Shown one piece after another: positions 12,342 to 25,267 of a DNA stretch of 64,000 bases. Source of the stretch: Octopus sinensis. Lineage: Eukaryota. The notes under the pieces were generated by a model, which worked only from the letters and a program-made list of their open reading frames with translations, had not been told where the DNA came from and searched no databases. The stretch spans positions 61,194,001-61,258,000 of the forward strand of contig NC_043008.1 of NCBI RefSeq assembly GCF_006345805.1. Direction: 5' to 3'. Made by a program: the position numbers and the translations under genes. Each line of letters starts with the position of its first letter. The stretch's first letter is position 1.

Positions 12342-14443
12342 TATAATTACCGAAACTTTTCCACATTTTTTCTGAATTAATTACGTGTAAGTGGATGAGT
12401 ATTCTACAGATACATGTGACCTTATTGTAATTCTCATTTAGAATCAACGACTCAGGCTAGGCAACAAAGCCTATGCTTTTTAAATTATTGGCGCCATCTA
12501 ACGACGTGTTTCTCTCCAGTTTCTATCACCCCTGATTTACTGACATATATCGGTCAGGATAAAACTGAGAAATGATATTTACCCCAGTTAACTCGCATTA
12601 AGACCGCACTCTCGATCAGGTATTGGCGAAGATAACTTAGCCATTTTGTAATATCGATTCTACATATACAAATACTGCTACATAATACATAAAATGACTG
12701 TAATTTTTCGTAATCTTATATCTCTTAAGAGCCCATGACCAATCTAATATTGCACATTGTATAATATCGTGTTTGAATCATTGTAAGCTGAAGTTATTGA
12801 GTAATGAATGTCACATATGAGTCATTATAGCCGCATTTTGTTTTATATTTTTCACACATATAATGTTTCAAATCAGTAGAATATATTGCTGCAGATTTAG
12901 ATTCGCAATGATAGTCTCTATATACTTACACAATCTAATTGGAGCTAGATCGACTAAGTTGACAAATGAGAGACGATTTATACACTCTTCTACAAACAAC
13001 CTGTAATCTGACGCAGTGATTCTATCTGGCTAACCACGGCATTATGTCACAATAATGCTAAACTTAAAACAATGAGATATCTGGCTATTTGATATTTATA
13101 TTATATAACAAAACATAATTTCATTTGTTTTCTTTCTGTTAGTTATTTACAAGTAGATATCATTTATTTTGTATATCAAAAAAAATTCACATTGTTTGCA
13201 ACTTTAATGCTTTTGCAATAGTGTGATATCTCCTGTGTTCACAACTTTCGTGGATAATTCTGTGAGAATACTTGTATACTGTCTTTACCGGTAATCGGCA
13301 AAGCAAATATCTTAATGATAGTAATATATCGGTTGTGATTGTAAACCGACATTATCCTCTAAAAGTGACCTGTTCCATCAACCTTCGACATACACATATG
13401 TATACAATGGCTGTAATCAGTACTAAACATGCAAGTCTGAAGATCCTATGTGAAATCTACTATAGCTATTATTCCAATGCTGACAATTTCAACAGGAATT
13501 GTGTATTCCTCCCTACCAACTGTCATACAAATACACAAAGACACAAACAAAATAGGCGCACTTATACGTATACACTCACACCAATATGTGCGTACACATA
13601 TGTCTCTGTGCATTTCTGCCTGTATATGATTATATGTTTATGTGCATATGTTTACCTGTATACATAACAGTGTTTATATCTGCTAGATTTCCTGCTCTTC
13701 CTAACTTCCGACAACCCTTAAAAAAACCAAGAATAACTATTTCTTTAGAGGTGCATCTCACTAGATATTTTCACGTAATTCAACATACTTCAGACCTTCC
13801 AAGAAAGCAATGGTGTCATTTAACGAGAGATATGTTTCCATTTAGTGAACATCTCAATGGCTTTAAATTAATTCACTTTACTGAAGCAACTTTTCATTTA
13901 GCGCTTCTCTATGGATATATGGTTCTAGTTCTAAGAATGAAATCAATATTAACCAAATTTATATTGAACTCGCCACAATAAAAGTTAATCACTGAACGAC
14001 ATAATATAAATAGCGTGTTTGAAGCCATTCCACTTTAGTTATAATATTAATAGTCTTAAAAAACATTATTATTATCAGATCATTCTGTTTGAATCACTAA
14101 TCAATATGTAACGTTGTGTTTCTATAACAAATCGATGTTAAGGTTAACAACACCAAGTAGAACAGTTAATCGTCCTTCCTTTTTTTTGAGTTTTGAGGAA
14201 GAATACAACGTATCTTTATAAATCACCAGTGCAAATATTCGTTTCCAACAATCAGTAGAGACTATGAGAGAAAGGGTAAGCATGATTAAATTTACCTTTG
14301 TATTTAAGAGCTATATCAGTTTGCTATAACGTCAATTGATTTAATGACAAGGAAATGCTAACTAATATATCCAGTATGTTTTTGTAAAATTTCCATTGTC
14401 TTAGTGTGGTAAATTTTGATAAAAGCACTAAGATTAATGATGC

Positions 14444-14807
14444 TACCTGTCAAGTATGTATTTTCTGATCCCTTGAAGAATGAAACGTGAGACATCAATA
14501 CTACATACATTTGGATCACAATGTAAAGGGAGTTTGCTGAATTAAGCAGAGTATTAAAACAAGGAATACACTGTTTCGTATATTCAAAACGATTATATGA
14601 TAAGATGCTGATGCAAAGGTTACCTTACCTGTCAAGTATACATTTTCTGATCCCTTAAAGAATGAAATGTGAGACGTCGATACTACATACATTTGGGATC
14701 ACAATGTAAAGGGAGTTTGGTAAATTAGAGTATTTAAACAAGGAATACACTGTTTCTTATATTCAAAACGATTATATGATAAAATGCTGATGCAAAGGTT
14801 ACGTTAC
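14444..14807. repeat. Tandem duplication of a 182-bp unit
   Basis: TACCTGTCAAGTAT... starts at 14444 and 14626; about 90% identical by eye. Confidence 0.9.
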
Positions 14808-15715
14808 ATAGATTACATTTCAATTGATAATAAAGGTATTTCATTTGTCACGTAAGTGCCTAAAGGTATTCTCCTATTTTTGCATTTAATGCTGCATTTA
14901 AACTGTAAATGACTTAGTATATTTGTACGCTGGTATCTAATATGTGTTCTGTAATGATATAATTAAAAAGAATTATCTTCGCTTTAATTGAGTCACGGTA
15001 AGATGATGGACTGAAAGGGTGTCTCCAAATTAGGCTCTCCGCAATAGCATTGACATGCACGTAACGGAGAAACTAAATTTCTAACAATTATATTCAGAAA
15101 GCTGTGGATGGCACTTCCTATCTCAAACACGCGTAAGAGTATTGAAGTGAAACGCAATGAGGTAAAATAAAAAGAAATATACAAATAAAACGCGAATATA
15201 ATTACTCTCAAGCTAAAGCAAAGGCAGGTATTTCATTCACCTCTTTAAAGTGATTTGTTTCTCTTCTGTATTTATTTGACAAGGAATGGAATGGATATAT
15301 GTATTCACGTCCTAGATAATATGGAGGTATCAGGAAATTTATTTCATTCTAATCCTAGCTCTCCTTATATCAACCGCATTATTGAGCAGAAATTGTATCT
15401 CATTGCTCACAAAAGAATGACTGTTCAATGCGATTTAAAATACAATGCAGCATTTGCATGTATAACGCGCATGCACATATACAGAGAAGCACACATATAC
15501 ATGTATGTATTATATCATTCTTTAAACCATTTTAAATGTCATTACGTATACAGCTGGAACAGAGCATTTCTCGTCATGTGTGAGCAGTCTATTCTAACCA
15601 CATTATTCGTGATGCTTAAGCGGGATTCAATATAAAGCCTGCAAATTCGTTGATCAATAATCTACACAGTTCAGTGAGTTACGATGAAATAGTGTCTATC
15701 CGTAAACTTAATTAC

Positions 15716-15739
15716 CTCACTAGCAAACAAAACTTTCAC
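15716..15739 (-). other. Candidate 24-nt microexon (VKVLFASE in phase 0)
   Basis: Minus strand: TTTCTTGCGTTCTCTTCGTTTTGTGCACAG|exon|GTAATT. Only one frame is open. Confidence 0.15.
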
Positions 15740-16112
15740 CTGTGCACAAAACGAAGAGAACGCAAGAAACTTACTTTCGCTGAAAGTATGTGGTACCAAT
15801 TAATAACAGATATCAAATTTTATTCGAAAGTCTTAGAAGAAATTTGGGTATTTGAAAGGTATTTTGGATTAGAAGACAGACATGTAACATTCATTAAATA
15901 AATAAATAAATATATGCATATATAATAAAACACAAAACTTACAACTGCATGTCTAATGCGTCGTTGGTGCCTGAAGCAAATTCTTATAAATGTTCATCAA
16001 GTCTGAGTAGATATCATGATGAATGTGTTAAGCAGAAAAAATTGTCTGCTTCACTTGTCTGAAATTTGATATTGGAAAATTAGAGCTACTCTTTACATAC
16101 ACATATATACAT

Positions 16113-16222
<110 letters not shown>

Positions 16223-17134
16223 TGCGCATACACATATAAACATACACACACGCACATACATATGTACACACACATCTTAGATAATTGTAGACAATGGTAT
16301 TTCTCTCTCTCTCTGTCTTTCTTACTTATCTCTCTCAGGAAACGTTGTCTTTGTTGATTAAAAACAGCTCTAAGTCCTAAAGATATTCTGTCAAAGACCG
16401 TCGCACCTTTCTGTCTGTAATTTCATAATTGGGAACAACTAATGCAAAATAGACCCTAATTTTCGATATACAATGTGTAATTAATCAAGATTTTATTGCT
16501 ACATGTAGCATGATGGAGCGACTATCACCATTTTCTTGACTTGCTTATCACTTGTTTAATGATCAACATGAGGTTGTTATTTGGATTCATACGAATTATG
16601 AGACTGATCCAGGTTATGCAAATATTCTATTGGTGAACAACGTGAAGGGAACACCTGACTGACAAATGAAATATACATATTCTATGTAGGCAAACATTTT
16701 ATATTCATGGCAGTTGAATCATAAAAAAGGTAGCGTGGATTCTATCTTGTTACATTACGATTGCTGTGTTTTAGAAACATTGCAGCTTCTTTATATGTCC
16801 GTCTTTAGTTATATGATTCGAGGCGCATGCTGTTTGAAGCAATACCTTATACGTTCGATTTATAATGGAGCAATACAGCCAAATGCTACAAGAAATATAT
16901 TGACATACAAGACATACAAGAAGAAGAAAAAATAAGGAAAATTTATAGTTATGTGATTGGTCCAAATTTTGTCGACCGAGAAATGACGAAAGACTAAGTT
17001 GATTTTAAAGATATTTGAAAATAAAACACAGGAAAATTAGAAGCCAGGAATGGATAACAAATCCAGTGGATCAGATGCAATAAGGCTATTTCCACTTTCC
17101 CGATACTTATTATATTTCTGGTTGTATACATACA

Positions 17135-17318
17135 TATCCAGATTATAAGTTCAGGTTTATACCTGCAGTTATTGGGGCTATATGTAACACACTGCCTAAA
17201 TACCAATCTTGAGAAATTAGGCTTCCCAAAACAACGAAGGAGAAAGCTGATTCGAAAACTACAGATCCAATCCAACACTGGAACTGTAAAAGTCTGTAAA
17301 ACATTCCAGAAGTTCATT
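17135..17318 (+). mobile_element. R4/Dong-type (RLE-bearing) LINE C-terminal relic
   Basis: YPDYKFRFIPAVIGAIC.. then, after a frameshift, NLEKLGFPKQRRRKLIRKLQIQSNTGTVKVCKTFQKF. Fits the R4-like C-terminal pattern P.VIGA.G..LQ...GT..I...F. Confidence 0.7.
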
Positions 17319-17721
17319 AAATATATATGAGCATGTCTAGATATGTAAATATATGCGGAAGACATACAAAAAAGAAATACAAATATGCACGTATACATAT
17401 ATACATACATACATACATACATACATACATACATACAAACATAGGTAAATACATACATATATAAATACATAATACATACATACATACATACATACATACA
17501 CACATACATACATACATATAAAAAATAAATGCAAAAACACGCTGTTGTAATTCCATTGAAGAGCCTTGGATATAGGTTAGAAATTAGTTCTTTCTCTATT
17601 GGCAACAAATCTTAAAATAAACTGAATAACGATATACATACTTATATACATAGTTCACGTATGCACGCACGCATACACACAAACACACACATATATATGT
17701 ACATACATGCATACATATATA

Positions 17722-18002
17722 CAATGTAATTGAAAAGTAACTCCCTTTCAAAGTCTCTGGTTCGGTACAGTAGATTTGTTCCTTTCACCAACCCCAACGA
17801 AAGAATTCACAAGGTGTTAAGTAGGGACTCCTGTCCATACCATGGAACAGTGGGCATTCAGATATTCCCCAACAATAAGAGCAATACGATTATAAACGAA
17901 TATTCACGTTCTTCAAAAATCAAACAAAATATTTGAAAAAATTACAATTAATAAATAATTTATAAGTATTTTAAAATAAGGAGTTACTTTTCAGCCACCC
18001 TG
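17722..18002 (-). mobile_element. Tc1/mariner-superfamily deletion derivative (281 bp)
   Basis: TA-flanked TIRs CAATGTAATTGAAAAGTAACTCC and CAGGGTGGCTGAAAAGTAACTCC (18/23). Internal RSPYLTPCEFFRWGW*KEQIY resembles RSPDLTPCDFFLWG. Confidence 0.75.
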
Positions 18003-18396
18003 TATATGTATATATATATATTATGTGTGTGGGGAGGGTGCGTGCGTGTTTGCAAAATACTGCTTGCTACAGCTGGAATAATAACCAGTTGTTAGAGATT
18101 AATGCACTTATAAGTTATATTAATACTAAAATCCAGTGGTGAGACAGTTTTAATTAACTGACGTCTAATCTCCATGCATCACAAAATATCTATGCAGCGT
18201 AACATAGAGTAAAAAATGATTTACAAGACAACCAGTGTTATGCAATCTTCTACATTATCTTACACGCTCTGAAATATGACGTGTGACATGGCATTCGACA
18301 ATGTGTGCAGACTTCCTTATTGCCGCAACAGCTTGAAGCTAAGGAGAAGGTATAGCCTATTCTTATGTATCCCTGTTGTAGTTATTTTTCTGCATG

Positions 18397-18471
<75 letters not shown>

Positions 18472-18778
18472 GCCTGGACCTGGGACCTTAAAGACTGCTA
18501 TAATGCAAGAAAGTATACTAATCCCTTTATATTTTATATTTTATATTCAATATTTCACCTATTCAATAAGACAATCAATACTTCATTTCATTTTACTATA
18601 TATATACTATATATATATTATTTATGCTATATATTCTATATTCTACATTAATATTATAAAGAATATAAATAAAATATAAAAAACAAAGTTGGAATTTCTT
18701 TGAATACTATATATATCCTCTATACACAATCGTACAAACCCCCTTTTATATATATATATATATATATATGAAGAGAGA

Positions 18779-18809
<31 letters not shown>

Positions 18810-19159
18810 GAGTGGAACACTCGTATAAGTGAAACCGAACGCGTGAGCATGAAGCAGCTGATTTTGCACGTGGCGTTCACAAATATTTTTAGACGAAAGG
18901 GCGTAAGGATAAGCGTCTTCATCAAATTTTAATTTCACTTTCCATAACATATTCAGACGGTGGATATTCAAAATAAAACCGGGTTCGTCGGTTTACCGGC
19001 TGTTGATCGGAATCGAGCAACACCGAGTACTGGAAATCAGAGCCTTTCTGTATTAAAATATACTCAACATTTGTATCGAGTCCCGTTATATGTTGCTTCT
19101 GTGGAATCACCAGAGATTTGCATAGGTTTTTAGCCAATAGTAGAACCCTGTATGAAGAC

Positions 19160-20600
19160 GGATACATAGAACTGATAATGAATAAACCACAATATCAGTT
19201 CTCGGTCTAAAACAATAAATTTCACGTGTAAGTGTTATATGAAGACGTTATTAGAATATTGGGGTAACTTATTCGTTTCTTCAAAAGCGGAGATCCTAGG
19301 CTTTGTAAAGAAGAACAATTTGGCTTGAGAACACTCCAGAACCGACCGCACAGGATTAGCATTGGAAAATTTGAAGGGGATCTTTTAAACCTCTTATTAC
19401 TAATCATGTTACATAGGGTGGAAAACAGCTTTGCAAGTCAGTTGAATGAACATTTAGAATATCTATGCAAATCAGAATTGTTGTATGATTCCTCTAATAA
19501 GACAAGAAATGCATATAATATGGGTCCTACAACACATAATAATATAACAAATGATTTAAGGAAGTCTCGAAATTAGGTTTATAAGTCTATTAATCTAGAA
19601 ATATTTCTAAGTGTAGATTGTTTAACCCAGAAACTATGTTGGGCATAGTTAGTAAAAAGATATTAGGGAGACTCATTTTCAGTGTAAAAGCAGTTTCATC
19701 TTTAAGATGATGGTTTGCCACTTTAGATGTGCTGGAATGGTTTAAGGGAATAAAAGAGAAAGTAAACTGCAGTAGTGTGACTCTTGTCTCTTTAGATTCC
19801 AAATCCTGTTAATGAAGGCCTTAAACTGTGCACAAGCAATCACTGATATTAGTGTGTCAGGCACCGACATGATAATGTACTTACGAATACGATTTCTGAT
19901 TTGTTCAATAACGATGCATGTTCTTAACGATACATACATGAGTTCTTAATGCAGGGCCGAATTTTTCAACATTTCAATGAGTGTATATGATGGAGGCCAG
20001 GTAAATGAAATTATAGGGTTATATATTCTAAATGTACTGAGAATAAAATTTCCTGAAATAGACCGTGGTTTATATCGTGATGGTGGCCTATCGAGAAATT
20101 GTTACGGTCATAAGTGAGATAGATTTAGGGAACATTTATTATACCATGAAGCTGAAAAGAAGATAGATGCAAAGGGCTAGCGAAGAAAGATCATGTAATT
20201 GTATAATTTGTGAAAACTCTCCAAATAGAGAGTAACTCCCAGTCAAAGTTAATAATATAGAGTGCAAAGAGTGAATCAAATAGCAGTGATCAACACCTAA
20301 TCTATGTGTTGAGGAAAAGGAGATCACATTCAAGTACAGTTATTACAAGCATCACCAAATGTTCATCAACCTGGACAGAAAATATGCTTCGGCTTTCTTG
20401 AATTTATATAGTTCTTCCATGAAACAAATTCTCACGAATGCCAAATTATTTGGCCTACTGTAGATAATGCACAATCTGAAGAGTCTTAAATCAAAGACTT
20501 GAGGTGGTCTTTGATCGAAAAGCGGAGTATTTTGACTTAAATAGGTTGGACAAAGCAAATGAATTGTATGCGGTTTGATATGTTTTATGAAAATATATAC
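19160..20600 (+). mobile_element. Degraded Penelope-like retroelement (RT plus GIY-YIG endonuclease, internally deleted)
   Basis: FEGDLLNL..SNKTRNAY; RLFNPETMLGIVSKKIL..EWFK; LLMKALN; FNISMSVYDGGQVNEIIGLYIL..GLYRDGGL (YRDD decayed to YRDG, 20073-20084). After a deletion: CNC..; TFKYSYYKHH..; IIW.. of the endonuclease. Confidence 0.85.
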
Positions 20601-21358
20601 ATCAATAGATTTTTCGAACTGCTTAATTAGTGTTGATTCTTCCCAACGATGCTTATCAACTTTACGTTTCATTTTAAGATTAAGTATATTCACGAAACGA
20701 TCGTGAGGAGTTTTAAATATTTTAAAACTATTAGTGTGTGTTTGCATGTTTGTATATGTATATGTACGTATTTATGAACATAAAACTGTTCACAAAATTG
20801 CATTACAACTGTTTCCATATTTTAGTCACGTTTTGAATTGTTTCTTCAGTTTTATTTTCAGACAGTCTTTGTTTTATTGTTTCCTTAATAGCAATACTTT
20901 CTAGATGTCGATCATAATATCGTTGTATTGAGAAGAATAATTTCACTGATCCTTACGAAAATCTGTCCTGACATCAGCAGTAAATATGATAGAGGCAAAC
21001 TCGCAAAAATATTAACGATATCAATGAGGAAATCCAGTGTGATATCATGGTATCATGACTGTTCAGAGCTCAGGAATGTAGTGGAAAGTAATAAGGTTTG
21101 CATCGATAAGAAATCAGATTCGCTTGAAAGTTGCTCAAAGGCTCTTTCAAGAAATAGTGGAAATATTCTCTGTAGACTTAGATTTCATTTGCTACTTGCA
21201 TTTGTATATAATGCTATAATTATGTATATGTGTGTATTAGTATACGATGTATATGGCATATATGATGAAGGTTCAGTAGTTAGAGAGTCAGGCTCATAGC
21301 CATGAGGTAGTGAATTCGATTTTTCATATTGCTCCAGTTCACTCAGCAACATATATAT

Positions 21359-21393
<35 letters not shown>

Positions 21394-21742
21394 CGGTACT
21401 TGCTTTTTAGTCTACTGCTTATTCTACCAGTCTATTTTTCATTACTCTTTAAGAGACGGGTGTGTGAAAAATCCTTGTCGTTTGTGAAGCGGTGATAGGA
21501 AGTAAGCACAGACATAAAGACACGTAACTGAATATATACGTATATATATAATACAAGCTTGTTTCAGTTTCCGCCAACTACGTGCAAGCAAAGATATATT
21601 CACAGACATACGCACAGTAATCCTCAAATTTTACAATGTTATAATCGTTCAATCGATGGTATGAGATCGCATAAATTCTATGCAATCGAATGCCAGATGA
21701 CATTCAAAGTTATCCCCACGGAGCACAATAATATATATATAT

Positions 21743-21785
<43 letters not shown>

Positions 21786-21793
<8 letters not shown>

Positions 21794-22869
21794 ATATTTC
21801 GGAATGGTCATTTTGCCAGTTTAGCCAATAAAAACACACGCACTATATATTTGGTGTTACTTTGCTTCAGTGTTATTTATTTTTTACATTAATCTTAATC
21901 TTATTTCGGCCAGAGTTCTTTCGTCACACTCCTGTGACCGCATCAGTGGTCCTTTGTTATCTTCTTACTTATTTGTGTCACTCCTTACTAACCGTCAGCC
22001 ATTTTGTATTTCTATTGTATTTCTATCAATAGAAATACAAAATGGCTGACGGTTAGTAAGGAGAGACACAAATAAGTAAGAAGAAAACAAAGGACCACTG
22101 ATGCGGTCACAGGAGTGTGACGAAAGAACTCTGGCCGAAATAAGATTAAGATTAATGTAAAAAATAAATAACACTGAAGCAAAGTAACACCAAATATATA
22201 GTGCGTGTGTTTTTATTAGCTAAACTGGCAAAATGACCATTCCGAAATATAACAATATCTGTTTCAACACAAGACTTCACATAAAAAATCTTGCACAACA
22301 AATATTTAAACGTATATATATATATATATATTGTTATATTTCGGAATGGTCATTTTGCCAGTTTAGCCAATAAAAACACACGCACTATATATTTGGTGTT
22401 ACTTTGCTTCAGTGTTATTTATTTTTTACATTAATCTTAATCTTATTTCGGCCAGAGTTCTTTCGTCACACTCCTGTGACCGCATCAGTGGTCCTTTGTT
22501 ATCTTCTTACTTATTTGTGTCACTCCTTACTAACCGTCAGCCATTTTGTATTTCTATTGTATTTCTATCAATAGAAATACAAAATGGCTGACGGTTAGTA
22601 AGGAGAGACACAAATAAGTAAGAAGAAAGCAAAGGACCACTGATGCGGTCACAGGAGTGTGACGAAAGAACTCTGGCCGAAATAAGATTAAGATTAATGT
22701 AAAAAATAAATAACACTGAAGCAAAGTAACACCAAATATATAGTGCGTGTGTTTTTATTAGCTAAACTGGCAAAATGACCATTCCGAAATATAACAATAT
22801 CTGTTTCAACACAAGACTTCACATAAAAAATCTTGCACAACAAATATTTAAACGTATATATATATATAT
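21786..22869. repeat. Two tandem 542-bp units, each a 473-bp palindrome (232-bp arms, 9-bp spacer) plus about 70 bp; probable inverted Penelope pseudo-LTR ends
   Basis: Arms 21786-22017/22027-22258 and 22328-22559/22569-22800, with 3-4 mismatches per palindrome. Flanked by (TA)n. Confidence 0.9.
22092..22136 (+). ncRNA. Minimal hammerhead-ribozyme-like motif with a non-canonical A9C (copies at 22634-22678 +, 21908-21952 - and 22450-22494 -)
   Basis: GGACCA-CTGATGC-G-GTCAC[AGGAGT]GTGAC-GAAA-G[AA]CTC-TGGCC. Stems I, II and a minimal stem III can be drawn. Confidence 0.45.
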
Positions 22870-22879
22870 ATATATATAT

Positions 22880-24800
22880 CAAAATAAGCAACAGGGTATA
22901 AAGTAGTGATGCAGTACGACCGTTTGAATCAACTCCATTTAATCATTACATCAATTTAAATGCAGTGCCATCTTTATGCACAAACAAATAAATGGAATTT
23001 TAACAAGTAGAACACATAAATGATGTTTTGAATGATTTTTGATAGAGATAGTGAATATGGTTATGAGATATGTTTTATGCAAACGTATGAGACTTTTAAG
23101 TATAGGTAAATAACAACCTGATTAATAATAGATTAGACTTAAGGGTATCGGTATCGGCATGCATAGCGTCATCCGTACATTTAAGTATTTTTTAAATTAA
23201 CGATTATAGATGCCATACCTGAACTTTGATTGTGGAAATTAATTTTGCTGTCGTATCCATTGTAAATTTAGCATCTCTTATTAAATATCATAAAATCATG
23301 GTATATGTTATATCGTGAAATAGATTGCATTGCATATCTTATAAGCTGTATGTTAGGGTATGTGAAGTGCTATATATAATACTATCCCATGATAACCCCT
23401 GCTCAGTTAGCCTGACTTCATCCTAATTTGGTGATGATTACGCCATTTTCCTTTCTATGATGTTCTACCCTAATGATCATATTATGTATATTTGTAATGA
23501 CTTTATGTAAGCAAGTCTACTTTCGACTGAATCATTAACCCCTTAGAAACTATAAAATCATAATGCCATAACACCTGTTACATTACACCTTATAAATTCT
23601 CTTCGATCTGAATACATTTAACTACCTTCAGTACTTCTATACCTATAATCCCCTCTTTTCGGATTACCTTTATTTCTTCCTTACCTCTAATTTTGATCCC
23701 GTGTTTCTTTATATGTAGGTTGTATGTATTTCTTATTATTTTCTATATATCCTTATTATTTTTTTTATTATTTTGATATCCTTACTTATTAACCTCTTAC
23801 CCCTTATAAATTGTTATCTTTCTTGCTCTTAAATAGACATTTTTTCAGTTTATGCGAGGTATTTATACTATATCCATATAAACGTATAAATATTTGTGTA
23901 TGTGTATATATGCATTTATGGACATATATAAATGTGTGTGTATCTGTATGCATCTTCACATTTTTCTGATTCATGGCTTAAAATAAATAGATAGCATGTA
24001 TATCTTTCCAGTTATTCCATAATTAAATGCCCTGAGCAGTCTTTAGAGAAATCACCTAAGTAATTAACTTAACTTAACTTAACTTAATTAAGTACATGAA
24101 TAGAAAAGTGATTCAATATAATCTTCCTTTTTAATATTTATAATTGATAAATACACACCTTTTACCTATTTTCATTATGATAACATTTAAAAAATTCCAA
24201 AATTTTATTTTTATACAACATAACACTATTCTTTATAAATAATCACTCATAGCGCCCCAAAATAACATTTCCTCTGTTTTAACATTTTATGTTTCTTGGC
24301 GTCTTGCCCCTTTAACTTGTCATTAAGATCATTATTTAACGTCTAGTCTGGCTCTTTTGTAGACAGTTACTATACAACTGACTACACCTAATGTCTTATT
24401 TCCTCCCTGAGGAAAAGGAATACATATGATAATATTTATGACCATACCTAGCAATGAGCTGTTAACTCACTCTTGTCCTTTATTCAAAATAGACAGTCTT
24501 CTAGTCTTAGATTCATTCAGTAGTTAATAAAGAGATAAATGAATTAGAAATGAATTACAATCACTTACAACCCTATGACCCCCACTATGCTCCATGCGAT
24601 TGTTAGGAGTGTAGTCTATACTTAGCGACAACATGAATTTCTTGCATTTTCTCTATTAAAATATTTGAGAAAAATATCAATGTCTCCTTTCTTAAAATTC
24701 CATTTATCTATTTGTGCATTCAAATTGCATTGTTCAATTAAATGAAATCGCTTGAAACGGTCGTACAGCATCACTACTTGATATCCTGTTGCTTATTTTG
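22880..24800. mobile_element. 1.9-kb segment bounded by about 130-bp imperfect inverted repeats; probably two divergently oriented, decayed Penelope-like 3' ends
   Basis: CAAAATAAGCAACAGG..AAGTAGTGATGCwGTACGACCGTTT at 22880 and, inverted, ending near 24800. Weak endonuclease-like residues on minus (23130-23700) and plus (24380-24690). Confidence 0.5.
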
Positions 24801-25012
24801 ATTTGATGCACGTTACTGCGAGCTGTGCGGATAATGCCGGACTGACTTGGTGCTTCAATTTAAGTACCTAATGCAACTAAATCGCAATTATTTCTCACAT
24901 ATGTATCTATTATATATCCACCAGGAACGTGGTTTGTTCTATGCTTGAAAGTGTTATTACAATATTTATATACGTAATCCCTGTGTCTATACACATACAT
25001 ATGTATATACAA

Positions 25013-25060
<48 letters not shown>

Positions 25061-25174
25061 GTATATGTGTGTATATAGATACATATGAACGTACTCGAAA
25101 GCACACGTACGCATACATCTGTATATACACACACACATACATACACTCACACACAGACATACACTCACACACAG

Positions 25175-25223
<49 letters not shown>

Positions 25224-25224
25224 G

Positions 25225-25267
<43 letters not shown>

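Noticed and set aside
13586-13981. 131-aa ORF or possible LINE endonuclease relic on minus
   Set aside because: Resemblance too weak to support either call
18880-18935. Minus-strand TTGATGA-AGACG..CGTCT-AAAA upstream of the Penelope ORF as a hammerhead
   Set aside because: Two core positions differ and no stem I or III can be drawn
20900-21299. 123-aa plus-strand ORF
   Set aside because: No recognisable motif or good donor; runs into low-complexity sequence
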